A DNA stretch of 61,995 nt, filler included, from Nemertoderma westbladi (lineage: Eukaryota; Animalia; Xenacoelomorpha), in the NCBI GenBank assembly GCA_032718475.1. It is 3 parts of 3 records of this genome, joined end to end, with 100 filler letters (N's around TTAATTAATTAA, not from the genome) between each part and the next. Parts side by side here need not be neighbours in the genome. Positions count along the whole stretch, not along the records: positions 1 to 25,886 come from JAUCBJ010000189.1; 2 more parts are not named here. The stretch is one strand, 5' to 3'. The stretch's first letter is position 1. The number at the start of each line of letters is the position of its first letter. This document shows, in pieces, positions 9,805 to 21,535 of the stretch. The notes beneath the pieces were generated by a model. That model made no database searches and had not been told where the DNA came from. It saw only the letters and a list, made by a program, of their open reading frames with translations. The position numbers and the translations under genes are program-made.

Positions 9805-11464
9805 TATTATACCCGACTAAGTGCTGCCTCACCGTCAAGCCGGAGAAGTTGGAGGAGGCAAAGGAGATTTTCGCGGACACCGGCGTTGCCATCGACACGG
9901 TGGGGAACAAACTCCTCGGCGGAGTAATCGGGACCGAGGAGTTCCAGCGCGAGTACACCGAGCGGAAGGTGGAGGAGTTCGCCGCCGACGTGGATCGCCT
10001 CGCCACCATCGCCGCAGTCGACCCGCACTGCGCGTACGCCGGCCTCGCCTTCGGTCTCTCCTGCCGGTGGCGGTTCTTGGCGCGCGTCGTCCCAGGGGCC
10101 ACGGATTCTTTTGGGAAGTTGGAGGAGGCCGTGGAACAGTGCCTCTGCCGGATCATTGACCGGCCGGCGGTATCGGCGACGGAACGCGAGTTGCTGTCGC
10201 TACCGGTTCGGGATGGGGGGCTGGGGATCCCGGTTCCCGAGGATCTACGACCCCAATACGAGAACTCCCGGAGGATCTGCGACCCGTTCATCTCCATGGA
10301 GGGTGAGTCAATGGTGACGATTAGGGAAGAGCAGACGCACGTAGAGAAGTTAGTTGCAGCCTCCTCCTCTGTTGTAGCGAAAGCTAAAAAGGAGGAGGTT
10401 TATGACAAATTAAGTAGTGAAATGCACAATTTGTGCGGACTAACTACTGAGAAAGGTGCGTCTGCCTGGCTAAATACCAAACCCTTAACGTTGCACGACA
10501 CTCACCTGTCCAAGGAAGAGTTCCGTGACGCAGTTTGTCTCCGGTACGGTTGGTCGCCAAGAAATCTTCCCTCTCGTTGTGTCTGTGGGTCGCGATTTTC
10601 TCCTTCCCACGTTCTGTCGTGTCCCACTGGGGGGTTCCCCTCAATCAGACACAACGAGATCCGCGATTTCGTCGCCGACTCCCTGACTGAGGTGGCCCAC
10701 AACGTGGCTGTCGAGCCGATGCTCCAGCCGCTGACGGGGGAGTCCTTCACTCTCCGGTCCACCTCGACGGACCAGCAGGCGAGACTCGACGTGTCGGTAA
10801 GCGGATTCTGGGGCAACCGCTTCCAGAAGATGTTTATCGACGTGTCGGTGTTCAACCCGCTGGCGGACACCAACGCAGCGATGTCGCTGGACGCCGCCCA
10901 CCTCCATCACGAGGCGAGGAAGATCCGGAGATACGAGGAGCGGATCCGTGAGGCTGAGCACTCAACCTTCACCCCCCTCATATTTTCCGCTTTCGGGGGC
11001 ATGGCGCCGGCTGCGAAGCAGTTTGTCAAGCGGCTGGCATTGAGGCTGTCGGAGAAACGACGGGTTCCCTACCCGGAGTCGGTAGCGTGGGTGCGGCGAC
11101 GCATCAACTTCGCCTTACTCCGGTCGTCCCTGATGTGCCTCCGTGGGTTTCGGTCGGCCGCTAGAAGACCGGTGCGGGCAGCGGTGGCGGACGCGTCCAT
11201 TGTGTGGGCGAACGCGGACTCGGACCCCGGGACGGCTTAGAAGTTAGAGGTCTGGCAGGTTTGTTGGGTACTGGCAGTGGCAGAGTGGCAGACTGGTGAT
11301 GGGTACTGAACCAATTTGTATTGTTTGTATTGTTGCTAGGTAACAGTTTGAATCAGCTGGTGGTGGGTTATATTTGTACTTGTTTTGGTGCGTTTTTATA
11401 TTCGAATTATTGTTTGTTAATATTATAATATATGGAGGCTTTTGAGTAAAAAAAAAAAAAAAAA
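9805..11464 (+). mobile_element. 5'-truncated CRE-type non-LTR retrotransposon with restriction-like endonuclease, poly(A) tail and TSD
   Basis: A17 tail at 11448-11464. TSD TAAAATCGC at 9796-9804 and 11465-11473. GC-rich body contrasts with the flanks. Confidence 0.92.
9849..11240 (+). CDS. C-terminal part of CRE-type polyprotein (RT end, zinc knuckle, RLE nuclease); truncated, no true start
   Basis: The frame stays open upstream (YPTKCCLTVKPEK). LPVRDGGLG; CVCG..HVLSC..RHN zinc motif; RLD..IDV..HEARKIRRY PD-(D/E)xK-like nuclease. Confidence 0.88.
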   Translation: MEEAKEIFADTGVAIDTVGNKLLGGVIGTEEFQREYTERKVEEFAADVDRLATIAAVDPHCAYAGLAFGLSCRWRFLARVVPGATDSFGKLEEAVEQCLCRIIDRPAVSATERELLSLPVRDGGLGIPVPEDLRPQYENSRRICDPFISMEGESMVTIREEQTHVEKLVAASSSVVAKAKKEEVYDKLSSEMHNLCGLTTEKGASAWLNTKPLTLHDTHLSKEEFRDAVCLRYGWSPRNLPSRCVCGSRFSPSHVLSCPTGGFPSIRHNEIRDFVADSLTEVAHNVAVEPMLQPLTGESFTLRSTSTDQQARLDVSVSGFWGNRFQKMFIDVSVFNPLADTNAAMSLDAAHLHHEARKIRRYEERIREAEHSTFTPLIFSAFGGMAPAAKQFVKRLALRLSEKRRVPYPESVAWVRRRINFALLRSSLMCLRGFRSAARRPVRAAVADASIVWANADSDPGTA

Positions 11465-14012
11465 TAAAATCGCGCTTCCCACTTAACCTATTGTACTATA
11501 AAATCGCGCTTCCCACTTAACCTATTGTACTATAAAATCGCGCTTCCCACTTAACCTATTGTACTATAAAATCGCGCTTCCCACTTAACCTATTGTACTA
11601 TAAAATCGCGCTTCCCACTTAACCTATTGTACTATAAAATCGCGCTTCCCACTTAACCTACTGTACTATAAAATCGCGCTTCCCACTTAACCTACTGTAC
11701 TATAAAATCGCGCTTCCCACTTAACCTACTGTACTATAAAATCGCGCTTCCCACTTAACCTACTGTACTATAAAATCGCGCTTCCCACTTAACCTATTGT
11801 ACTATAAAATCGCGCTTCCCACTTAACCTACTGTACTATAAAATCGCGCTTCCCACTTAACCTATTGTACTACTAAATCGCGCTTCCCACTTAACCTATT
11901 GTACTATAAAATCGCGCTTCCCACTTAACCTACTGTACTACTAAATCGCGCTTCCCACTTAACCTATTGTACTATAAAATCGCGCTTCCCACTTAACCTA
12001 TTGTACTATAAAATCGCGCTTCCCACTTAACCTATTGTACTATAAAATCGCGCTTCCCACTTAACCTATTGTACTATAAAATCGCGCTTCCCACTTAACC
12101 TATTGTACTATAAAATCGCGCTTCCCACTTAACCTATTGTACTATAAAATCGCGCTTCCCACTTAACCTACTGTACTATAAAATCGCGCTTCCCACTTAA
12201 CCTACTGTACTACTAAATCGCGCTTCCCACTTAACCTACTGTACTATAAAATCGCACTTCCCACTTCACCTATTGTACTATAAAATCGCGCTTCCCACTT
12301 AACCTATTGTGCTATAAAATCGCGCTACCCACTTAACCTACTGTACTATAAAATCGCGCTTCCCACTTAACCTACTGTACTATAAAATCGCGCTTCCCAC
12401 TTAACCTACTGTACTATAAAATCGCGCTTCCCACTTAACCTACTGTACTATAAAATCGCGCTTCCCACTTAACCTACTGTACTATAAAATCGCGCTTCCC
12501 ACTTAACCTACTGTACTATAAAATCGCGCTTCCCACTTAACCTACTGTACTATAAAATCGCGCTTCCCACTTAACCTACTGTACTATAAAATCGCGCTTC
12601 CCACTTAACCTACTGTACTATAAAATCGCGCTTCCCACTTAACCTACTGTACTATAAAATCGCGCTTCCCACTTAACCTACTGTACTATAAAATCGCGCT
12701 TCCCACTTAACCTATTGTACTATAAAATCGCGCTACCCACTTAACCTACTGTACTATAAAATCGCGCTTCCCACTTAACCTACTGTACTATAAAATCGCG
12801 CTTCCCACTTAACCTATTGTACTATAAAATCGCGCTTCCCACTTAACCTATTGTACTATAAAATCGCGCTTCCCACTTAACCGATTGTACTATAAAATCG
12901 CGCTTCCCACTTAACCTATTGTACTATAAAATCGCGCTTCCCACTTAACCTATTGTACTATAAAATCGCGCTTCCCACTTAACCTATTGTACTATAAAAT
13001 CGCGCTTCCCACTTAACCTATTGTACTATAAAATCGCGCTTCCCACTTAACCTATTGTACTATAAAATCGCGCTTCCCACTTAACCTATTGTACTATAAA
13101 ATCGCGCTTCCCACTTAACCTATTGTACTATAAAATCGCGCTTCCCACTTAACCTATTGTACTATAAAATCGCGCTTCCCACTTAACCTATTGTACTATA
13201 AAATCGCGCTTCCCACTTAACCGATTGTACTATAAAATCGCGCTTCCCACTTAACCTATTGTACTATAAAATCGCGCTTCCCACTTAACCTACTGTACTA
13301 TAAAATCGCGCTTCCCACTTAACCTATTGTACTATAAAATCGCGCTTCCCACTTAACCTATTGTACTATAAAATCGCGCTTCCCACTTAACCGATTGTAC
13401 TATAAAATCGCGCTACCCACTTAACCTATTGTACTATAAAATCGCGCTTCCCACTTAACCTATTGTACTATAAAATCGCGCTTCCCACTTAACCTATTGT
13501 ACTATAAAATCGCGCTTCCCACTTAACCTATTGTACTATAAAATCGCGCTTCCCACTTAACCTATTGTACTATAAAATCGCGCTTCCCACTTAACCTATT
13601 GTACTATAAAATCGCGCTTCCCACTTAACCTATTGTACTATAAAATCGCGCTTCCCACTTAACCTATTGTACTATAAAATCGCGCTTCCCACTTAACCTA
13701 TTGTACTATAAAATCGCGCTTCCCACTTAACCTATTGTACTATAAAATCGCGCTTCCCACTTAACCGATTGTACTATAAAATCGCGCTTCCCACTTAACC
13801 TATTGTACTATAAAATCGCGCTTCCCACTTAACCTATTGTACTATAAAATCGCGCTTCCCACTTAACCTATTGTACTATAAAATCGCGCTTCCCACTTAA
13901 CCTATTGTACTATAAAATCGCGCTTCCCACTTAACCTATTGTACTATAAAATCCGCTTCCCACTTAACCTACTGTACTATAAAATCGCGCTTCCCACTTA
14001 ACCTATTGTACT
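11465..14012. repeat. 34-bp satellite, block 2 (~75 units)
   Basis: Same unit as block 1. Confidence 0.98.
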
Positions 14013-14396
14013 TCGAGTTTATTGCCAAAGAGAACGAGCATTAAAGCAGACACAGTACACAGTTTATAATACAATATAGAGCGCATGCAGGCGCATCATC
14101 CGGACAAGCCGGCATTTATTTGTGTTAATTTAAAAGGGAAGTACAAAATAAAATCAAATAGCAGAAGTATATAAAATAGCACTGTTAGTAAAATAATTGA
14201 TATGACATTTGAGAATAATTAAAACAGACTGCTACTACTAAGCCATTCATAATAAAAGAATAAAATCCGGATCATCTAAAAGAGCTATGCTCATAAGTTC
14301 AGGTAAAATTACTGATTGTATTCGGTTCATTAAAGACTCAATAATTACGAGTTATAGTTCGTACACGATAAATCAAAATAGGATACGATCCAGCAA

Positions 14397-15584
14397 TCAC
14401 GTCACCCTAACTTTATTTATCCAGTTAAAATATTGTTCTATCCTATGATGACGCATTTTGAAAGGCAACGACTGCGAATAGCACTGCAAAATAAAATCGC
14501 GGTCGGATTCCTCCGCCATTGTGAGTGCTGCAGGTTCTAAAAGCTTATATAGTGAGCATTTACTATATTTATAGCACAAAATTGAGCTCAAACTGGGGAT
14601 CGCATACTTTTGAGAACATTTTTCAAAAACTGAGCCCAGTCCTACATAAAGGTTATTTGTTGTCCCAGACAGGTTAGCCTGTAATGCGATACGCAGGATG
14701 GACTGTAATAAAACATTTGGGCACTTATTTACTCTGGTTAATGTTCCGACGCAAAGTTTATACATTTCCACACTAAAATCGTTGCATCCGAGTAATGCAA
14801 GGGTTACGTTGTTGCTTGAATAAGGACCCACGAAAAGTAAACCTCGCAGAGTCTTCCGGTAATAAGAGTCAAGTTCAGCGATTTCTTTTGAACATAGCGA
14901 ACCAATAAGATACCGCGATGAGTAGGATATGGTTGGTACAGCTATGGACCGCCACAGGTATCCCAGTGTGCTGCAATCGAGCCAGCGCGCATTCCACCCA
15001 TTTCGATGAAATAAATCCGACATTATGGCTATCGAGCGGATGCAATCCTGGAGGCTGTTGCGACGTGGATGTACAATGGGGAAGCCCAAAAAGGTCATGT
15101 CATCTGATCGTGGAACTAATGTTCCATTGATGCACATAAATGTAGGGACATTCTCACAAGAATAATCATTACCATAGCAGGACCACTTTGTTTTGCTCAT
15201 CTCAATCTCCAGTTTCACTTTATTCATTTCAATGCTGAAAATATCAGCGGCCAATGTCAGTTCGGTGACAGATGTTGCAGTGAGCAGTATATCATCAGCA
15301 TAAGCTATGATGCCCAGCCAAATGAGCCCAACGATGGACCCAAATCCGTTTAAGCTTAGAATATCCAGAACATCCTTCATATAAAGAAGAAACAGTAAAG
15401 GTGACAACAGTGACCCCTGCTTGACTCCACGTACCAGGTTGATCCCACAAACATCTATCTCGTCGGCAACCTTGAGAAAGGCACAAGTAGATTCATAATA
15501 CGCTAGTAGAACTAGGCAGATGTAAGGGTTTATTATCTCCTTTAGTTTACTGAACAGTAGAACAAAGTCGAGGCTACCAAATGC
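14397..15584 (-). pseudogene. C-terminal half of RT ORF2 of element B
   Basis: AF(G)SLD, GVKQGSLLSP, YADD, FLG. The C-terminal region aligns with A (FHRNGW, YYRKxLRGLL). Confidence 0.88.
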
Positions 15585-16936
15585 ACCACAGAATGTTGCT
15601 TTAGATCTGCAATGTGTAGAACAAAGTGATCTTTGTGACAATCAGGGAAGAATATAAGTGATGTGGTGCCAATGTTGCAAGAGGAGGCAATATACTTAAT
15701 GGCACTGGCAGTATCAAAGTTGTTCTGATGCAATTTACTGCACAAAGCGGTGTCAATACAGCCAATTCTGTTTCCACCTTGAACACCCAGTAATGAGAGG
15801 AAGGAGTCCACTACCGTTGTTGTTAATTTCTGACCAGGTTGGAAGTACCTCCAGTCAGGGTCACTTGGCTTTAAAAGCACCAGTCCTTTGCGAATGTTTG
15901 TATTAAAAATTGCGTCTTTCACACGTTCTTCGTCATAAGATAGTTCTAGATCAGGGTAGAATTTGTTATGTTCACCAGTAGTACCAGTACTGGGATTGTG
16001 ATGGTAACATCCAACATACTGAACATCATCAGAGTCTCCTTGCTTGGACTGGAGTACAGGTATTGGATTCATAGGATTGAATAATTTGGCACCAGGATCC
16101 AGCAAAGATTCCATGGGATCAGAGACTATCGCAGTGGTTTTTCTGAAGAAATCAGTGATCTTCCTGCTAGACTTACGGGGTTTCCAAGAGCCATCATCTT
16201 GTAAGTCCTCTATTAGAACCGAATTACAAGTAACTGAAGCAAATGGAGGGATTTGGGCGGGATCATTCGGGGAGTTTACCTCCGTCGCCTCAGGGATTAG
16301 AGTGGGATCCTCTGGGGAGCTTACCTCCGTCGCCACTGGGATTAGGGCGGGATACTCCGGGGAGATTACCTCTGTTGCCTCCGGGATTAGGGCGGGATTC
16401 TCCAGCGAGTTTAACTCCGTCACCTCCGGGATTAGTGTGGGATCCTCCGGGGAGTTTACCTCCATCACCTCCGGGATTAGGCCGTGATCTTCCAGGGAGT
16501 TAACCTCCGTCGCCTCCGGGATTAGGGCGGGATACTCCGGGGAGTTTACCTCTGTTGCCTGCGGGATTAGGGCGGGGTTCTCCAGCGAGTTTACCTCCGT
16601 CATCTCCGAGATTAGGGCGGGATCCTCCAGCGAGTTTACCTCCGTCGCCTCCGGGATTACGGCGGGATTCTCCGGCGAGTTTGCCTCCAGGATTAGGGTG
16701 GTATACTCTGGAGTGTTTACCTCCTTCGTCTCGGGAATGACAGCGGGGTCCACTAAGGAGTCGACCGGGACAACAGAATCCAGAGATACGACACCGTTAA
16801 TAATAAGCCGATCCGCACGGGTCAGTAGTTCAGCTCGGCGTCCAGTAGATGGTACTTCGTGTTTCGCTAAAAATGATTTAAGGCGTGCAGTGTTCATTTT
16901 CCGACACATCTCCATTGTTTCTTTGATTTCCGCCAT
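15570..16936 (-). pseudogene. N-terminal part of ORF1 of element B (SAP, 15-aa repeats, start of Ulp1-like domain)
   Basis: RKMNTARLKSFL..G.RA.LL.RA.R, KITDFF, VVDSFLSLL and HFVLHIA all match ORF1 of A. Ends at the deletion junction. Confidence 0.88.
16260..16760 (-). repeat. 45-bp coding tandem repeat (15 aa, EVNSPEDPALIPEAT-like, ~11 copies)
   Basis: Visible in DNA (gggagtttacctcc with 45-bp period) and in the translation. Confidence 0.9.
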
Positions 16937-17029
16937 CTTGAGCTTTCGCCTTTTTTTGTTAACAACTCAGTATAAATAAAATAAATCATTAAAAATAAAT
17001 TCATGCAGGTGTCTACTGCTGCAGTACCG

Positions 17030-18679
17030 GTACTATAAAATCGCGCTTCCCACTTAACCGATTGTACTATAAAATCGCGCTTCCCACTTAACCTATTGTA
17101 CTATAAAATCGCGCTTCCCACTTAACCTATTGTACTATAAAATCGCGCTTCCCACTTAACCTATTGTACTATAAAATCGCGCTTCCCACTTAACCGATTG
17201 TACTATAAAATCGCGCTTCCCACTTAACCTATTGTACTATAAAATCGCGCTTCACACTTAACCTATTGTACTATAAAATCGCGCTTCCCACTTAACCTAT
17301 TGTACTATAAAATCGCGCTTCCCACTTAACCTATTGTACTATAAAATCGCGCTTCCCACTTAACCTATTGTACTATAAAATCGCGCTTCCCACTTAACCA
17401 TTGTACTATAAAATCGCGCTTCCCACTTAACCTATTGTACTATAAAATCGCGCTTCCCACTTAACCTACTGTACTATAAAATCGCGCTTCCCACTTAACC
17501 TACTGTACTATAAAATCGCGCTTCCCACTTAACCATTGTACTATAAAATCGCGCTTCCCACTTAACCTATTGTACTATAAAATCGCGCTTCCCACTTAAC
17601 CTATTGTACTATAAAATCGCGCTTCCCACTTAACCTATTGTACTATAAAATCGCGCTTCCCACATAACCTATTGTACTATAAAATCGCGCTTCCCACTTA
17701 ACCTATTGTACTATAAAATCGCGCTTCCCACTTAACCTATTGTACTATAAAATCGCGCTTCCCACTTAACCTACTGTACTACTAAATCGCGCTTCCCACT
17801 TAACCTACTGTACTATAAAATCGCGCTTCCCACTTAACCGATTGTACTATAAAATCGCGCTTCCCACTTAACCTACTGTACTATAAAATCGCGCTTCCCA
17901 CTTAACCTATTGTACTATAAAATCGCGCTTCCCACTTAACCTACTGTACTATAAAATCGCGCTTCCCACTTAACCTATTGTACTATAAAATCGCGCTTCC
18001 CACTTAACCTATTGTACTATAAAATCGCGCTTCCCACTTAACCTATTGTACTATAAAATCGCGCTTCCCACTTAACCGATTGTACTATAAAATCGCGCTT
18101 CCCACTTAACCTACTGTACTACTAAATCGCGCTTCCCACTTCACCTATTGTACTATAAAATCGCGCTTCCCACTTAACCGATTGTACTATAAAATCGCGC
18201 TTCCCACTTAACCTATTGTACTATAAAATCGCGCTTCCCACTTAACCTATTGTACTATAAAATCGCGCTTCCCACTTAACCTATTGTACTATAAAATCGC
18301 GCTTCCCACTTAACCTATTGTACTATAAAATCGCGCTTCCCACTTAACCTATTGTACTATAAAATCGCGCTTCCCACTTAACCTACTGTACTATAAAATC
18401 GCGCTTCCCACTTAACCTACTGTACTATAAAATCGCGCTTCCCACTTAACCTACTGTACTACTAAATCGCGCTTCCCACTTCACCTATTGTACTATAAAA
18501 TCGCGCTTACCACTTAACCTACTGTACTATAAAATCGCGCTTCCCACTTAACCTACTGTACTATAAAATCGCGCTTCCCACTTAACCTACTGTACTATAA
18601 AATCGCGCTTCCCACTTAACCTACTGTACTACTAAATCGCGCTTCCCACTTAACCTACTGTACTATAAAATCGCGCTTC
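17030..18679. repeat. 34-bp satellite, block 3 (~48 units)
   Basis: Same unit as block 1. Confidence 0.98.
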
Positions 18680-21535
18680 ATTTTTTCATTTCACAAGGTA
18701 CACCGGTCAAGCCGGTATTTATATTGAAGTAAAAAGTATATATTAATACTGAATAAAAACCGAACAAACTATACAAAATTAAAAATGTCATAAGGTTCAT
18801 AGGTTAATTATTGTAAATGGAGGAAAAATCTGTGCAAAAGATAATTATTTTAAGAAATACTGCAGTATGCGGTTATGTTTTGCCGCAAATCCGCATTGGC
18901 CAGAGTTATAACAGTTATATATAAAGTCCGCATTGACAATATCTTTTCCTGTTGGATGTCCGTGGTTTATGTGAGATTTCAGTGTCCGTTTATGGTACCG
19001 GTTTACACACATTGAAAATAGTGAGGGTATCGGGAATTCTCGAGTCGCTCGCATATATGTATTTCCCAGTCCAGGATAGCGCCGCTTTGACTGATAGTTC
19101 CAGATAAGACCAAGTCGTAGCAGCAACTGAAGTTTGAGATGTGGACTAACTACCAAACGCAGCATGCAATTAGTCACGTCACGGTATACCTCAAGTGATA
19201 GATCTCTACATCCTGAGAGTTTCCTTAATGTAGCATTATTGACGTACGATCCAACATAAAGAAGTCCCCTGAGTATCTTTCTATAATATGCATTCATAGA
19301 TTCGATTTCATCTTGATTTAGATTCCCTATTATGAATTTTATTTTGTACAGAATTGCTGGTATGGCCATCGTGGACCAAAGATTGAACACTGTGTTTATG
19401 GTGTACCATCGAATGGTCCAGCCATTTTTGTGAAACGCATGTGACATAGACGCAAGAGTTTGAATTATGACTGAGTAATTAGTGTTACAGTTATTATTTC
19501 CATATAAGGTGTGGCCAAGGAATTTGATTGTTTGGGATTCAGGGAATAGGCAATTTGCTGAGTTGATGAATAGGGGTCGGTATGTGTTTTTGGGTATAAT
19601 GCTCATCCATTTTGATTTTGTGGGTTCCATATTTAGGTTCAATTTATCCATTTCATATGATAGTAATGCTAGCATACTAGTAATCTCCTCTTTATTATTG
19701 CACAATAAAACTATATCATCCGCATAGCAAACTAGACCTGACCAGATGTTGTGAAAAGATACTCCAAGGCCTGTTTTCTCAACTGAATCTAAGGCTCCCT
19801 TTAAATAGACATTAAATAGCGTTGGTGACAACAATGATCCTTGTTTTACACCTATCCTTGTTCGAATTCCATTGGTCAATATCATATCTCCGAACTTTAG
19901 AAACAGTAATCCAACTCTGTAATAATTAATTAGGGTCAAACAGATAAAAGGGCAAATATGCTCCGAGAGGGTTTTAAATAATACACTGTAAGAGACATGA
20001 TCGAATGCACCTGCTATGTCCAACTGAAATATGTAAAGGGACTGATTTCTCTGACGATGTGACTCAATAATTTCCTGTATCAACGCTACTACAAGATCTG
20101 ATCCAACTCCTTTTTTGTACCCATATTGGCATGAGTTTGTAGATATGTATGGAAGAATGAATTGTTTGAGGGTGATAGCTTCGAACAGTTTACCAAATAC
20201 AGATACAGTGGCAATTGGTCGATAGCTATTTGGTCGTGTAGTTCCACGGTTTCCACTTTTATATATGTATGTTATCAGTGTCCTTCCATAGACTTCAGGG
20301 ACTGTCTGCAATCGGATTGAGGCATTGAAGATGTTGCATAAGTGTACAGCAGCATAGTTTTCATCAAGATGAAGAATGTGCTCTGCTGAAAGATTAAAGA
20401 AATCTGGAGATTTGCCCCTAGCTAATGCTAGTATAGCATGTTTAACAGTATCCTCTGATATTGTTGGAGGACTTCTACCTTCTGATAGTAGTTTCAGTTC
20501 GATGACTACTTTGTCTAACTCACTTTCAGCATCAGTTTCAGCTGAGTTCATAACATGTATTAAATTATCTCTCAGTGATTTAGCCATGCTGATGGGAGCT
20601 GTTCCTTCTTTAGTTGAGAAGTGTTTCCAGAACTCATGAGGATTATTCCTGTTATGTACTATGCCGCCAGTTTTGGATCTTACTGATTGTTTCGCAAGCC
20701 AGTTTCTAAGGCGCCTTAGTGATTTCTTTGACTCTTTCAATGCTATGCTAAAAGAGTCCCTTTTAATTTTACCATTTTGCTTCCAAATTTTATACAGCTC
20801 CTTAGTAGTATTTGCATGACTAGATATTAATTTGTTCCTTATACGAATATTGGTCGTCTTTTTTCGAAATTTACTGACAGGTATAAAGAGATTGGCTCCC
20901 TCTGTAATAGCTCTCTGCATCTCCTCGGTGTATCTATTCAATTCCTCAGATGTCCAATCGAGAGAGTTCATGCTGCTTGAGTGGAGATTATCCAGCTTAT
21001 TCTCTACATACTCCTTATAACTGTTGAGTTGAGCTGTAGTCGCCTTACTCCAGGCTACTCGTGGTAATCTTTTGGTAAATTCCTGTGTATTCTCCTTGTT
21101 ATTTGTATTATGTTCATTTACAATTGCTATCTCAGCTACTACTGGACTGTGATCAGAGAGAGCATGGACATGTGGGTTTATTACCTCACCGCTCACTATT
21201 AGTTGGTCACCAGGGTTGGTTGTGAGTATATGGTCTATATATGAATCGCCCTGAGGCCCCCTGAAAGTAACAGATGGTCCTGAAAATTTACCATATGTAT
21301 CTACTGCCACTAAATTGTTCGCAGCCAAGAACTCCGATAGCAACCTGCCATTGCGATTCGGGAGTTTTTTTGTCCAACGTTGACCACATGTGTTCCCAAG
21401 GTCAGCATTTGCATCTAAGAGAATGTAAGGTATAGCTTGATTATTACATTCCAAAATTTGTTTGATTCTGCCAAGAAAGTCATCATACTGCTCCTTTGGC
21501 TTGGATGTATCTGGCGCATATCCAGATAAGAATAT
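18680..21535 (-). mobile_element. 5'-truncated LINE (element C), third family of the same lineage
   Basis: Tail GAAATGAAAAAATGAA on the minus strand. 11-bp TSD AATCGCGCTTC at 18669-18679 and 21536-21546. Confidence 0.92.
18845..21535 (-). CDS. ORF2 of element C (truncated APE plus full RT), frame intact
   Basis: GYAPD, LDANADLG, YIDH, SDHSP, LDIAGAFD, QGSLLSP, YADD. Shares lineage-specific motifs with A (KESKK..RRLRNWLA, GK.PDF..L..EH). The listed GTG start comes from the satellite. Confidence 0.9.
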   Translation of the reverse strand: MFLSGYAPDTSKPKEQYDDFLGRIKQILECNNQAIPYILLDANADLGNTCGQRWTKKLPNRNGRLLSEFLAANNLVAVDTYGKFSGPSVTFRGPQGDSYIDHILTTNPGDQLIVSGEVINPHVHALSDHSPVVAEIAIVNEHNTNNKENTQEFTKRLPRVAWSKATTAQLNSYKEYVENKLDNLHSSSMNSLDWTSEELNRYTEEMQRAITEGANLFIPVSKFRKKTTNIRIRNKLISSHANTTKELYKIWKQNGKIKRDSFSIALKESKKSLRRLRNWLAKQSVRSKTGGIVHNRNNPHEFWKHFSTKEGTAPISMAKSLRDNLIHVMNSAETDAESELDKVVIELKLLSEGRSPPTISEDTVKHAILALARGKSPDFFNLSAEHILHLDENYAAVHLCNIFNASIRLQTVPEVYGRTLITYIYKSGNRGTTRPNSYRPIATVSVFGKLFEAITLKQFILPYISTNSCQYGYKKGVGSDLVVALIQEIIESHRQRNQSLYIFQLDIAGAFDHVSYSVLFKTLSEHICPFICLTLINYYRVGLLFLKFGDMILTNGIRTRIGVKQGSLLSPTLFNVYLKGALDSVEKTGLGVSFHNIWSGLVCYADDIVLLCNNKEEITSMLALLSYEMDKLNLNMEPTKSKWMSIIPKNTYRPLFINSANCLFPESQTIKFLGHTLYGNNNCNTNYSVIIQTLASMSHAFHKNGWTIRWYTINTVFNLWSTMAIPAILYKIKFIIGNLNQDEIESMNAYYRKILRGLLYVGSYVNNATLRKLSGCRDLSLEVYRDVTNCMLRLVVSPHLKLQLLLRLGLIWNYQSKRRYPGLGNTYMRATREFPIPSLFSMCVNRYHKRTLKSHINHGHPTGKDIVNADFIYNCYNSGQCGFAAKHNRILQYFLK

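Larger units (their letters stand above)
14013..17029 (-). mobile_element. Internally deleted LINE (element B), same lineage as element A
   Basis: 5' part of ORF1 joined to 3' part of ORF2. AATAAA near the 3' end (TTTATT at ~14018-14023). TSD GTACT at 14008-14012 and 17030-17034. Confidence 0.88.

Noticed and set aside
15542-15641. Programmed frameshift between the overlapping ORFs of element B
   Set aside because: Both ORFs are incomplete relative to element A; the overlap is read-through across a deletion junction.
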